Part shown: positions 14,594-26,980 of the stretch, piece by piece
Layout: the number at the start of each line of letters is the position of its first letter
Numbering within the stretch: the stretch's first letter is position 1
From: Octopus vulgaris
Taxonomy: Eukaryota
DNA length: 64,000 nucleotides
NCBI GenBank assembly: GCA_951406725.2
Contig: OX597819.1
Location: 86,800,001 to 86,864,000 of the forward strand
Direction: 5' to 3'
Notes under the pieces: generated by a model
Seen by the model: only the letters and a program-made list of their open reading frames with translations
What the model was told of the DNA's origin: nothing
The model's database searches: none
Position numbers and translations under genes: made by a program

Positions 14594-14882
14594 CTACAAG
14601 GAACATAATGGAAAAATTAAATAAATTAGAAGATATTTGGTAATATGGTTTAAATTACATAAAACAAAACTGACACACTGCCACAAATTGTTCAGTAAAT
14701 GGGATGTTGTGAATTGAATTGACCCTGATTTATATTTTGCTCTTATGTCATTTCAGCACAGGAGGAATAATAAAAAGCAAAAAACGATTATAAATTAGAA
14801 TATGCTGATGAACTAAATTGTCTAATTTGGTACAGTGTCTGTGAAAGGCCAGAATTATATTTGTGAAATTGTAATTACTAAC

Positions 14883-15170
14883 AGTGGTTAGGCTTTCTAG
14901 CTCATGATCAAAAGGTTGTGAATTCGATTCACAGTTGTATGTTGTATCCTTGGTCAAGACACTTTATCTCATATTGCTCCAGTCCGCTCAGTTGACAAAA
15001 GTGAGTAGCACCTGTAATTCAGAGGGCCTGCTGAATTTCCTTGAGAACTACATTAAGGGTATGCATGTCTGTGGAGTGCTCAGCCACTTACATGTTATTT
15101 TTGCAAGCAGGCTGTTCTGTTGATCAGATGACCTGGAGTGTCAGTAAGAATTACTAACAAAGGTGCAATG
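14883..15170 (+). mobile_element. old tRNA-derived SINE family C
   Basis: tRNA-like head then ttggtcaagacactttatctcatattgctccagtccgctcag, shared with 25337-25558 and 41805-42022. Confidence 0.6.
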
Positions 15171-17351
15171 CACAATAATTTACAAGGATTATAGCAGATT
15201 AGATCAGTAATACATAACCCCAGTTATAGCTTATAGTGTTTTTTGTTTTTCATATCTTCCCTGGATACTTTCTTCAATTGTTAGTTTGGATTGCAACAGA
15301 TCTAAAACATTACAAATATATTTCCAATTCTGTCCCTGCTCACTGCCATTGCACTTAGGTGATTATTTATTATTTCTATCTGGAGAGGCCCAGGTATGGA
15401 GCCTTTACTTTTGGAAATGACTGTTTGGTATTGAAAGATTGTTACACTGCCAGACGTTTGCTAAACAGAAACCATGGGCATTGTGTTGGCCAATAATATG
15501 TTTGCACATGCACATAGAGTATGCTGAATAAAGATCTCCTACTTTTGAATTAAAATCAGCCTTAATACTTGGGCACACTCAATCACTTATAAATAAAACT
15601 ATATGATAAATTTATTCAAACAATAAAATTTATTTTCAACACACCAGCAATATCTGAAGGGAGAAAATATAAAATTAAATTAAAAGACCATTATATTGGA
15701 GTTAAGAAGAATTTCTTTCATATATGTAATAAGTGGAGTGAATAATGTAGTGAGCTGGCAGAATCATAAGAATACTTGACAAAGTGCTTTATGGCATATT
15801 GTTCATCTTTGTTTTGAGTTCAAATTCTGCCAAGGTCGACTGTGCTTTTCATCCTTTCAGGCTTGATGAAATTAGTACCAGTTATGTGTTGGAGTTGATG
15901 GAATCAAGTAGCACCTCAACCAAATTTCAGACCTTGTGCCAGCACCATGTAAAAAAAGTACCCATGCTACTAGCATGTAAAAAGCACCCAGCACACTCTG
16001 TAAAGTGGTTGGCATTAAGAAGGCCATACAACCATAGAAACCTGGCCAAAGCAGACAAAGGAACTTGGATAGCTCTCTGGCTGGCCAGCTCTTATCAAAC
16101 ACTTCAACTCATGCCAGCATGGAAAACAGACGTTAAGTGATGATTATGATGGTTATGATGATGATGTGCCTACAATAGAAAGGATTATTAGTGAAGTAAA
16201 AGAGTTTGGGTAACTAAGTGAAATTTATTATTGCTTAGAACTGGAAATCAAACAGGAATTGCCCCCATATTTCACCACCAGCAACTTAGCTTTTGCCCTT
16301 CCTCAATTTCAAATTAACAGAGAAGGGTCTCATCATTTTAGCAATATATCCAATCAAAACTACTTTTTGTAATTTATAATCTCTTTCTAACATCAGTCTA
16401 TTAAAAACTTTCTATGCTATAGGCATGGCTGTGTGGTTTACTTCGTAGCCACATGGTTTCAGGTTCAGTCCCACTGTGTAACACTTTGGGCATCTTCTAC
16501 CTAGCCTTGAATCAATCAAAGTTTTGTGAGTGCATTTAGTGGACAGAAACTGAAAGAAGCACATTGTCCATAAACACACAAACATATAATCGAAATAGGA
16601 CAAAGAAATATTTTAACACATCTTTAATGATCAGTTACAATTGTTTCTGTGCCAACACTGTAGAATTGTACATATATATATGAATATTAATGTATGTGTG
16701 CTCATGCATGTGTGTTACTGTCTCTTCATTTATCTTGATGAACTTGTTTACATAGCTGTCAACAAGTGTTACTGTCATGCATATAGTGTCCTTCATTTGC
16801 AGTCTTCGGTGCGTTGCAGAAAATCTACTTCAACAAGTTCCAGCCAACCTATGTAAGTATGGGAAATAGGACGTCAAAACAATGATGCTGAAGAAGGATG
16901 AGAGCGAGGAGTGATAAAACCAAAGTTGACTCTCCAAGAATTTTAGCTAAGAATGTAGAAATGAAAATCTGTTGTATTACAAAACATTCTGATGGGTGTT
17001 CTAATTCTATCACTAACCTTTTGACCTTTGAGAAAGCAGTTATACTCACTAGCTATAGTGCTCATATATTCATTCTGATGCCACTTGTTAAGAACAGAAG
17101 AGATTGCTAATTGCAAAAGTTGCACAATATCTGTTCTTTACATATTGCTGTCATCTAGCGTTCCATCAACTCATATTGATTTTTATAATTTGTCTAATAA
17201 TTATTTACAGATCATGGAATTTTTTCTGAAGTCTTAGACACTGCTTCACCTATTGTTAATCACCTTGTAGGATCACAGCATTAAAATAGACTGTGAGAGG
17301 TACATACATATATACATACATAAATGCATGCATACATACATACCACACACA

Positions 17352-17510
17352 TGGAGTGGCTGTGTGGTAAGTAGCTTGCTTACCAACCATATGGTTCCAG
17401 GTTCATTACCACTGCGTGGCACCTTGGGCAAATGTCTTCTACTATAGCCTCGGTCGACCAAAGCCTTGTGAGTGGATTTGGTAGATGGAAACTGTAAGAA
17501 GCCCATCGTA

Positions 17511-17561
<51 letters not shown>

Positions 17562-17580
17562 ATGTTTGTGTGTCTGTGGT
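17352..17580 (+). mobile_element. SINE family A, 5' half
   Basis: same head and body as 8205-8611, ending in the TA/TG tract. Confidence 0.8.
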
Positions 17581-17775
17581 GAAAAAGAAATGACCGAGGC
17601 GTTAAAAGGCATCACTTCACAAGAGTTCCAGGACGGCTTTGAACAGTGGAAACGCATCTGGACCGAGGCATTGCTTCAGATGGAGAATACTTTGAAGGGG
17701 ATAAAAGTTTAAACATGCGAAGCTAGGTGAAAAATTACTATTGCAAAATGTTGGTTTCTTTTGGGTACGCTCTCG
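17578..17775 (+). mobile_element. mariner 3' terminal fragment
   Basis: EMTEALKGITSQEFQDGFEQWKR...GEYFEGDK (frameshifted) transposase C-terminus, then a TIR-like end ctctcg-TA. Confidence 0.7.
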
Positions 17776-18503
17776 TATACACACACATCTAAGCACATGC
17801 ATATATATGAATGTGCGTGTGTGTGTATATATATATATGTATATATATATACACACACACACACCACACATTCATATATACATATGTGCTTATATACTTT
17901 TATATATATATATATAAATTAGAGAAAAACCACTATTATGCAATTCAAACAATGATAGACATAAACCAAATCATAGATAAAAAATGAAATATATTTTTTA
18001 AAACATAACTAGATCACAAATAGTATAAAAATAAATAATCAATATATAATAAGTAAAATATACTCCCTATTATTATTATTATTAAATACATACATACATA
18101 CATACATACATACATACATACATACATACATACATACATACATACATACATACATACATACATACATACATACATTTATATGAATAAGTAGAAGATACTA
18201 GGCTTTAATAGCAAATAAGGACATTTTTTTGTTCTGCATAAGACACCAGTTTTAAGTTTGCTGAGTTTACATTTATATGTCATTATAAAAGAATATTCTT
18301 CAGAATTAATATATGGCTACTTTTCAGCAACAGCTGTGTGTGGTATCTCCTGCAAGTAGGATGTCATACTTACATATATAAGCATACATAGAAAAATAAA
18401 AATATACATATACAAATATGCATACACACACATTTATACTTACATACATATATGTGCATGCATGCACAAAAATCAGTGTGTGGGCGGGCATATTGGCAGT
18501 GTT

Positions 18504-18736
18504 TAAGGCGGCGAGCTGGCAGAAACGTTAGCACGCCGGGCGAAATGCCTTGCAGTTTTTCGTCTGTCGTTACGTTCCGAGTTCAATTTCCGCTGAGGTT
18601 GACTTTGCCTTTCATCCTTTCGGGGTCGATAAATTAAGTACCAGTTACGCACTGGGGTCGATGTAATCGACTTAATTCCTTTGTCTGTCTTTGTTTGTCC
18701 TCTCTGTGTTTTGCCCCTTGTGGGTAGTAAGGAAAT
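18504..18736 (+). mobile_element. SINE family B, monomer
   Basis: full head-to-tail copy; TSD atattg(g/a)cagtgttta on both sides. Confidence 0.88.
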
Positions 18737-19199
18737 ATATTGACAGTGTTTATAGGTAGTTTTTTTTTTTCTTTTTCGAAAAAAATAAAAATGGAATTGT
18801 GTTGCTCTGGAAACTACGCAAAACTATTAAGAAATAAAACCAAAAGAAATCTTTGTTTTCTGTTTCGCTACGCAACCGAAAGATGTTAAATACCTACGTT
18901 TGATTACGCAATGCCAACGATTGCATGAAAGGACATACAAGAGGGAAAGCAACTTCATGTTCATTGACCGACGCAAAATTTGTAGAGCAAGCTTTTAGCA
19001 TTTGTATATAATCGATAATATTATTTACTTTTCTTTTGTTATCAACGTTCAAAGTATTTACTTACCAGGAATAAACATCATTTAGTATAGATATTAGATA
19101 AATCAGATTTTAGATAGTGAGTGTCGAAACAAATTGTGTGTGTGTGTGCAAGAGAGAGGTGGACAGAGAGAAAAAGTGGGAGAGAGGGGAAAAAGGAAA

Positions 19200-21643
19200 A
19201 CGCATTGCATCATCATTTAGAGTCAAATTTTTACATTTCGATAAGGTCTAGTTCTAACCTCAACTTTATAAATAACTTAATCAACGTGGAATGGTGGAAA
19301 AGAGTTACCTACGAGGGGCGTTCAATAAGTAATGCCTCTGACCCACTTACCTTTGTTTGATCTAGCTGAAATTTTGCATGTGCAATTATTGATATCTCTA
19401 TAGATTAAGTGGCAAATTACAGCTCCAAACTAATTGTGGTTTCTGATTTACAGGTGTTTGAAATGAGTCAAGTGGGAAATGGAGCATGTTGAGTGTCGAG
19501 CAGTGATCCGGTTTTTGTATTTGAAATGACGCACACCACAGGAGACTTTTAATGAAATGAAAGTAACTTATGGTAATGATGCCCCATCATATGACCTTGT
19601 AAAACGCTGGCATCGTGAATTCAAACATGGTCGGAACTCTGTGGAAACAGCTCCCAGATCTGGTCGCACCCCTTCTGCCATTGATGAGGCATCTGTCCGT
19701 CAAGTTGAGGCTGCCATTTTGGAAGATCGACGCATAACTATTCGCCAAATAGCCCATGAGGTCAAGATTAGTACCGGGTCTGTGGAAACTATCATTCATG
19801 ACCATTTGCATATGCAAAAGGTGTCTGCCAGATGGATTTCCAAGTTGCTCACACTTTTCCAGAAGCAAGAACGCAAGAATTCCAGAAGCAAGAATTTAGG
19901 GATGTGCCACGAAGATGAGTCAAAATTTTTCAAAAGACTGATTACACAGGATGAGACCTGGGTCCATCACTATGATCCAGAGACCAAAGCCCAGTCAATG
20001 CAGTGGAAGCACCATGACTCACCTCCTCCAAAGAAGGCAAGGTCATGCTCACAGTCTTCTGGGACCAGGACGGAGTAGTGATGACAGATTTCCTGGCAAA
20101 GGGTACCACAATTACAGGAGCCTATCATGTTTCACTTTTGAGGAAATTAAGAGAAGCTATCGAAACCAAGAGGCGGGGCAAGATCAGCAAAGGCATCCTC
20201 CTCCTGCAGGACAACTCGCGTGTCGCCAGATCAGAAGCACAGGCGTGCGGCTATGAACTCTTCCCCCATCCCCCTACTCTCCTGACCTTGCACCCTCTGA
20301 TTTTCACCTCTTCCCAGCCATGAAGTTGTTTTTGAAAGGAAAGCGTTTCCCAGATGATGCAGCCTTGATTTCTGAAGTCACGTCGTGGTTGGAGGACCAA
20401 GCTGGGGTCTTCTACGAAAACGGTCTCCAGAACTGCATCAAACGATGGGAGAAATGCATACCTCTGGGTTGTTCCTATGTAGAAAAAGACTAATACTTGT
20501 GCCAAGTTTCGTTGCTCTACTGCTATGGGAAGTGGGTCAGGGGCATTACTTATTGAACGCCCCTCGTATATCATGAGGATTCGCGCCGGAAATCAAAATG
20601 CTTACATCACGATTGCTGCTTAATGCTCTGTGAATATTGCAAAGGCTGTAAGACGTGACATGGACAGCTGCAATGGAAACTACGAAGCCGTGGTTAGTAG
20701 GAAGGGACACAATAGGCCAGAATCCGTCCAAAAACTGCTGGACAAAGAGATGCATGATCCGGGGAAGGGAATCTGGACTTTGACGAAAGAGATGTATGTT
20801 GGAGTCGTTACTATGAAACTGGATCTGAATGAAAGCATTCGCTACCACTTGGACAAGAGGCACAAGGGATAAATCCTGACATCCAAGGCCATAGAGAATC
20901 TGTTGACGAAGGCAAAGCAACTCTTGAACAAGCTGAGGCATCTTATGGAGCCGAAGATGATCCGGTTCTTCACAGATGAAAAGAACTTCTGCCAAGACCA
21001 TTTGCACAAACCCCAAAATAACAGGTGACTTGTCTACAATCCATGTGATGTACCACATATCATGAAAACTAAGTTTCCTGATGGTCTTTGGGTGTATTTC
21101 TAGTGAGGGTGACATCATGCCGCCCTACAGCTTTGAACCAAGCCCTAGGCTCAATTCAGACGGTTATGTGAAGATGTTCGAGACTGTGGTCAAACTCTGG
21201 CTGGAGGGGGTTGCTGCTGAAATGCCACATGTGTGGCAGCAGGATTCAGCTCCTTACCATACGCCCAGAAGGAGTCAGAAGTGGTTCGAAAATTTCTATG
21301 ATCTCACCAGCCCCAGTGTCTAACCTCCTATTTTCCTTGATTGTAACCCCATGGATTACTACGTGTAGGGCGCAGTTGAGGAAGACACCAACTGCTCTGC
21401 CTGCAACACTAAGACCGAGCTGGTAGTCAAGGTCAAGGACACGTTCGAAAATCTCAGAAACACAGTGAGGAACGTACGCAGCGGTTTCTGGAGTGTCTTG
21501 AGGCTGAGGAGGAAGCCGGGGGCGGCTATTTTGAATAAACTGTTATTTTTCAGCCTTAATCTAGTTTTATTACTTTTATTTGGATGTGATATTGTGTTTC
21601 CTTTTACTTTTATGCATGCAGTAAAATTTAACCCGAATACCCT
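19200..21643 (+). mobile_element. defective maT (DD37D, Bmmar1-like) element interrupted by the mariner
   Basis: FFTDEKNF, MVFGCISSEGDIMPP, WQQDSAPYHT, DCNPMDYYV motifs; N-terminus NVEWWKRVT|IMRIRAGN is split by the mariner; ends aataccctg; left boundary approximate. Confidence 0.82.
19312..20566 (+). mobile_element. full-length defective mariner (DD34D, irritans/Hsmar2-like)
   Basis: TIRs cgaggggcgttcaataagtaatgcc / ggcattacttattgaacgcccctcg with TA TSDs; transposase 19479-20493 MEHVECRAVIRFLYLK*..WISKLL..TQDETW..LLQDN..HPPYSPDLAPSDFHLF, with a stop and frameshifts. Confidence 0.95.
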
Positions 21644-21885
21644 GCGCGTGTGTATATATATATAATATTTTTCCGTATGGAAATACTTCTTCAGTTTAGA
21701 GCATTGCTCCTAAGGTTTCCAAAGTTTTTTTTTTATCATACTTTATTTAAGGAATTCCTTTCATTTCCGTATGAATATATAAAAATAAAAATCATTATAA
21801 GAATCAGTTTATTAGACACCGTTCAATAAATGTGATCAAATAAATAGAAAAGGTTTTGATGCTAATATGGATTATTTATTTAAGT

Positions 21886-21975
21886 TAGTCAGGCAGCTGT
21901 TTCTGTCGCAAAACCATATTTCAATAAAAGTAATGCACATTATTATATATCGCCATTTGGAACTCATCAGTGGAT
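21886..21975 (-). ncRNA. degenerate hammerhead motif 5' of the Penelope RT
   Basis: minus: CTGATGA ...long stem II region... GAAA cagctg CC; palindromic stem III, U16.1 replaced by C. Confidence 0.5.
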
Positions 21976-23647
21976 AATAATTGAATATTAAAAATCTTAA
22001 ATATTTAAATACGCCATACCACAAGAAATTATTATCAACGACGGCCCACTAAAGCACCACATCCAAACATGAGATATAGGGACACACTTTTCAATCACCA
22101 TCCAACATCGAACATGGGATATAGAGAAATATTTTACAATCGCCATTCAAGAACTCGCACCATAAATCACAACAGAGCACCCTACAACGACAGGGGACAG
22201 CTACATAACAGCAACCGTTCCATTCATCTCAATCATTTTTTAGACCCAGTACGCAAACACAGGGATACGAGATACAATCAGACAGACAGGAGAAACCATC
22301 ATCAATCTAAACCACAAAGAACTAACACCAGACCAAATCAAAATACTCTCCAAAGGGCTCAAATTTACACCCACCCCAACGCCCCAGCTACAACGAAATG
22401 GAAGAAGGCGTTGCGGAATTCTGTAGAAAATAACGACTCGCCGAGGAGCTATATGACAAATGCAACGAAGATGAATCGTTAGTCTGAAATGAAAGTAACT
22501 ACACCCCATCAAAAGGAAAGAACAAAATTCTTGACCGTTTCTGTGAACACACCACGAATTACCAATATCAACAGATACACAAACAAAAATACAAGCCAAA
22601 CTTCAGCAAAAAAGAATGGGTTGAGCTGAACAGATTAAAGGATGATAAAACAATCATAATCAAAGAGGCTGACAAAGGGAGTGCAGTAGTCTTAATGGAC
22701 ATGTTATATTATACAACCTTAGTACTATCCATATGAGAAGACACAACATATTATGAAAAAGTACAACACTACAGTCCGCAGAAAATAAGAAGCCTAAAAA
22801 TAATGTTAAGCCTTTACAGAGAAGGGCTCATCGAGAAGGAATACGACTACATGACTAACTTCATTAGTAAATCCAGTCAATTCTACGGTATTCTTAAGAC
22901 ACACAAAAGTGAATAAGTAAGTAACGCATGCAGGTGAGTCACAGACATAATAGTCAAGGTACCTACTCTAAATGACCTCAAATTAAGACCCATAATAGCA
23001 GGCCCAGCTTGCGAAACTCACCGCCTCAGTAACTTTTTAGACATCCCCTTAAAACCATTCCTCAAGCATATAAAAAGCTACATAAGGGACGACCTAGATA
23101 TGATCAATCACCTCCCTGAAACAAAAAATAAAAACACCCTACTAGTGTCCTTTGATGTAGTCAACTTCTATTCCAATATCCCTCAAAGCTTAAGAATAGA
23201 GGCAATCAAATTCTGGCTAGAGAATTACTCCAATGAACTCCCACATCGCATCAACAAAGAATTCGTAATAGAAGGGCTAAAATCTTGGAGAATAACTTCT
23301 TCGTATTTAATGACAACTTCTATCAACGGAAATCGGAGACTGCCACGGGCTCGCGAATGCCCCTGCCTCTTCTTTGCTAAACTAGTCATGGAGTACCTAG
23401 AAAAATACGGAAACCCATTCTCCCTGTACATAGAAAATAACTGGAAAAGATATCTAGATGACTTTTTCATTCTTTGGCACGAAGGTATAGAAATACTTAA
23501 GGAATTTCAAGCACTTCAGAATGGACTTGACATAAACATTCTTCTTCTTCTCTTCCCTCGGCTGCTCCTGCTTAAATCATCAACTCTTTGTTCCTAAACT
23601 ATTCCTTCAGATTTACTACTACTCACTTGCGAGGCATTCACAAAAGA

Positions 23648-23708
<61 letters not shown>

Positions 23709-23814
23709 ATCTGAAGACTATGGAAATATTTAACTATTTAAAGATTATGGAAATATCTACAAAACATTACACTTAATTTTTTTCTCCAATTTAATTGTTT
23801 TTCTTATTTTACAC

Positions 23815-23852
23815 TTAGTTGAAAAAGTCTAAAAGACGGAAACCTGTACTAA
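23815..23852 (+). ncRNA. degenerate minimal hammerhead 3' of the Penelope RT
   Basis: ttag TTGAAAA a gtct aaa agac g GAAA cctg TA ctaa; stems I and II pair, CTGAAGA box decayed. Confidence 0.5.
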
Positions 23853-23906
23853 AATGTACTTCACGATAAAATTATTTTAGCTTTTTCTAATTTGTCTTAT
23901 TTTCCT

Positions 23907-23938
<32 letters not shown>

Positions 23939-23946
23939 GTAGATAT

Positions 23947-23977
<31 letters not shown>

Positions 23978-24125
23978 CTTTTGTGGCTAGAAAATATACA
24001 CCAACACACTTAAATATTCACAATGAAAAATTGCACTTCACTCTCCGAAGGTAAACAAAAAAACTTACGCGTGTGCGTGCATACACACACACACACACAC
24101 AAATACACAACAGCAACGTATATAA

Positions 24126-24188
<63 letters not shown>

Positions 24189-25029
24189 TACGCGTGCGTG
24201 TGTGTGTATTACGTATCAGGATTATAATTTTATAAATTGTTTACTTGCCGATAATTGACCTTTTGGCTCGGAAGAAAGTGTAATTTTTAATTTCTCAAAA
24301 TTTATCTGTTTCCTTAAGAGCAAAATTACCGACTGTATCCCGAAATAAGTGCAAGGTTACGTAACACGCAGTATGTCTGTACAGGAATTCCTATTTCTAG
24401 TATTATACTTTTGACCTTATTACTCGGAAAAAATATAGAAAGCTGCAGCAAGACTGCTAAAACGCAATAAAATGCCTATCCAATAACGATAGAAGAAAAC
24501 GAAAAACAACAAATTAAAATCTACAGGATTGCCTATCATTTCATTTCTCTAGTAAATACATCATTTCCATACCGAGTAGATGAAATTACTTCTGATCTTA
24601 ACATCTATTTTTCTAATTTCCTTCTTTTCAGATATGGTAAATGCCATGAAAAAGAGATAAAAATGCTTTTCTGTTTTCCTACAGACAATTATCCAAAGAA
24701 TTTATCGTAGCTTCTTAATATTTGGCAAAGTATTATAATATGATAGCTGCTGATATGTTTTTGGTTCTGAGTATTTTCCCCTCTTCGTCTCCTTCAATAG
24801 AGCTGACCTTATATTTAAGCAGAAATACTTATGAAGAAACACTTGAAACCATAAGAAATCTAACAAAGACTTTTAGCTTTTACTTGACAGGGTTTATTGA
24901 ATGGAACAACCTCCACACGCAGTACTAACTTTTAAACCTGGTACTAATTCTATCGATCTCTTTTGTCGAACTGGTGGTTAACTAGGACATAAACAAACAA
25001 ATATCGTTTTCAGGCGGGGTGTTATTTTT

Positions 25030-25327
25030 TTGTGCCTTCTCGAGTCATGCCTGGCTCATTAGGGTCGGTTTCTGGTTTCCTTGGCGTATAGGTTCCCCAC
25101 CTGGACGGGACGCCACTCCGTCGCAGGTGAGCTGCAAGATGCAGGAGGAAAGAGCGAGAGAAAGTTGTGGTAAAAGAGTCAGCAGGAGTTCGCCAATACT
25201 TTCTGCCGAGCGGCGTGGAGCTTAGGTGTTTCGCTCATAAACACACACATCGCCCGGTCTGAGATTCGAACCTGTGATCCCTCGACCGCGAGTCCGCTGC
25301 TCTAACCACTAGGCCATGTGCCTCCAC
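25030..25327 (-). mobile_element. tRNA-derived SINE family D
   Basis: minus head gtggaggcacatggcctagtggttagagc...ggttcgaatctc (A and B boxes); tail ggaaaccagaaaccgaccctaatgagcc. Confidence 0.8.
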
Positions 25328-25336
25328 AAATAAATG

Positions 25337-25558
25337 CGCCCTTTTAAACCCTAACCAGGCTCATGGGCCCGATTTCCTGGTTTCTATGGCGTATGTGTCC
25401 ATGGCAGCGTTACTCATTTTTGCCAGCTGAGCGGACTGGAGCAACGTGAAATGAAGTGTTTTGCTCAAGAACACAACGCGTCGCCCGGTCCAGGAATCGA
25501 AACCACCATCTTACGATCATGGTGCTGACACCCTAACCACTAAGCCACGCGCCTTCAC
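25337..25558 (-). mobile_element. tRNA-derived SINE family C
   Basis: minus head gtgaaggcgcgtggcttagtggttaggg...gtttcgattcc; body ttgtgttcttgagcaaaacacttcatttcacgttgctccag; tail similar to the adjacent SINE D. Confidence 0.8.
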
Positions 25559-25595
25559 AGGCGCGGTGGTGGCAGACAACCACGAACACGAAAGA

Positions 25596-25627
<32 letters not shown>

Positions 25628-25789
25628 GACTGCGTGGTAAGAAGTGCGCATCCTAGTCACATGGTTCCGAGTTCAGTCAGTCCCACTTCATGACACCATG
25701 GGCAAGTGTTTTCTGCTATAGCCCGGGGCCGACCAAAGCTTTGTGAGTAGATTTGGTAGGCGGAAACTGAAAGAAGCCCATCGTATATG

Positions 25790-25831
<42 letters not shown>

Positions 25832-26404
25832 TATTAAACCCGCAAATTCCCAAACGGAAAACACAAAGGCGTAAAATTTAAAAAAATACATATACATTAA
25901 TGCATATTCTTTTCTACTCTAGTCATAAGAGCCGAAATTTTTGGTTGGGGGCCAGTCGATTAGATCGACCACAGTACGCAACTGGCACTTAATTTATCGA
26001 CCTCGAAAGGTTGAATGGCAGAGTCGACCTCGGCGGAATTTCGCCCGGCGTGTTAACATTTCTGCCAGTTCGCCGCTTTCACATTAATATATATTTATAC
26101 AGTTCAATACAAATCTATATCTATATATATATAAAAGCATATAAATATATAAATTAAAATATAAATTAAAAAACGTAAAAATACGCGAGGTGTAAATACG
26201 GTGAGTGCAAACGAAAGAGAACACGTTAACAGAAATATAATAGAGATTGAAAATAATGATGAATACAACATATATAGAAGTAGGAAGGCGTCTAAGTCAT
26301 CGAACAGCAAAAAAGCTAAGACAGTTCAGAGAGCAAATAAGTACATGACTAGAATAAATCAAAAATTTACAATTAATGTAAAAGTCCCGTTATTAGAGGA
26401 AGTC

Positions 26405-26502
26405 CATTCGACGGCCGTTTCTGGACTACATTTTCAGTAAGGAAATAAAGCTCAAAAGTTTAACTCATCCTTATAAGTAATGTCTCCTTCATGAGGAAGA
26501 TG
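26405..26502 (-). ncRNA. degenerate hammerhead ribozyme
   Basis: minus: ttc CTCATGA aggagacatt...aatgtagtcca GAAA cggccg TC gaa; palindromic stem III, G5C core mutation. Confidence 0.55.
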
Positions 26503-26561
26503 TCCTATATATATGTGAGCGTGTGTGTGTATGTATATATATGAGGGACTTCTTTCTGTTT

Positions 26562-26980
26562 CTAATTTCTTTACTGCCCACAAGAGGCTACATACCGAGG
26601 AGACAAACAAGGACAGACAAACGGATTAAGTCGATTATATCGACCCCAATACGTAACTGGTACTTATTTAATCGACCCCGAAAATATGAAAGGCAAAGTC
26701 GACCTCGGCGGAATTTGAACTCAGAACGTAGAGACGGGAGAAATACATATTTCTTTACTACCCACAAGAGGCTGAACACAGAGAGGACAAACAAGGACAG
26801 ACAAACGGATTAAGTCGATTATATCGACTCCAGTGCGTAACTGGTACTTATTTATTCGACCTCGAAAGGATGAAAGGCAAAGTCGACCTCGGCGGAATTT
26901 GAACTCAGAACGCAGCGGCAGACGAAATACGGCTACGCATTTCGCCCGGCGTGCTAACGTTTCTGCCAGCTCACCGCCTT
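26562..26980 (-). mobile_element. SINE family B dimer (184-bp period) inserted in a SINE-A fragment
   Basis: body repeats at 26565 and 26749; single head at about 26925-26980. Confidence 0.88.

Larger units (their letters stand above)
21660..23910 (+). mobile_element. Penelope-like retroelement, decayed RT, GIY-YIG domain missing
   Basis: LSKGLKFTPTP, IIIKEADKGSAVV, LRPIIAGPAC, LVSFDVVNFYSNIP, WKRYLDDFFILW across about 22290-23530; hammerhead-like motifs on both flanks. Confidence 0.9.

Noticed and set aside
14805-14850. CTGATGA followed by a hairpin (also CTGATGA at 14233, 43759, 63794)
   Set aside because: No correctly placed GAAA-stem III-UH
16890-17270. Possible hAT transposase relic (VDGTLDDSN, minus strand)
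   Set aside because: A single short motif; not enough to call
25250-25558. tRNA-like sequences as real tRNA genes
   Set aside because: They are SINE heads running into SINE bodies; no complete cloverleaf
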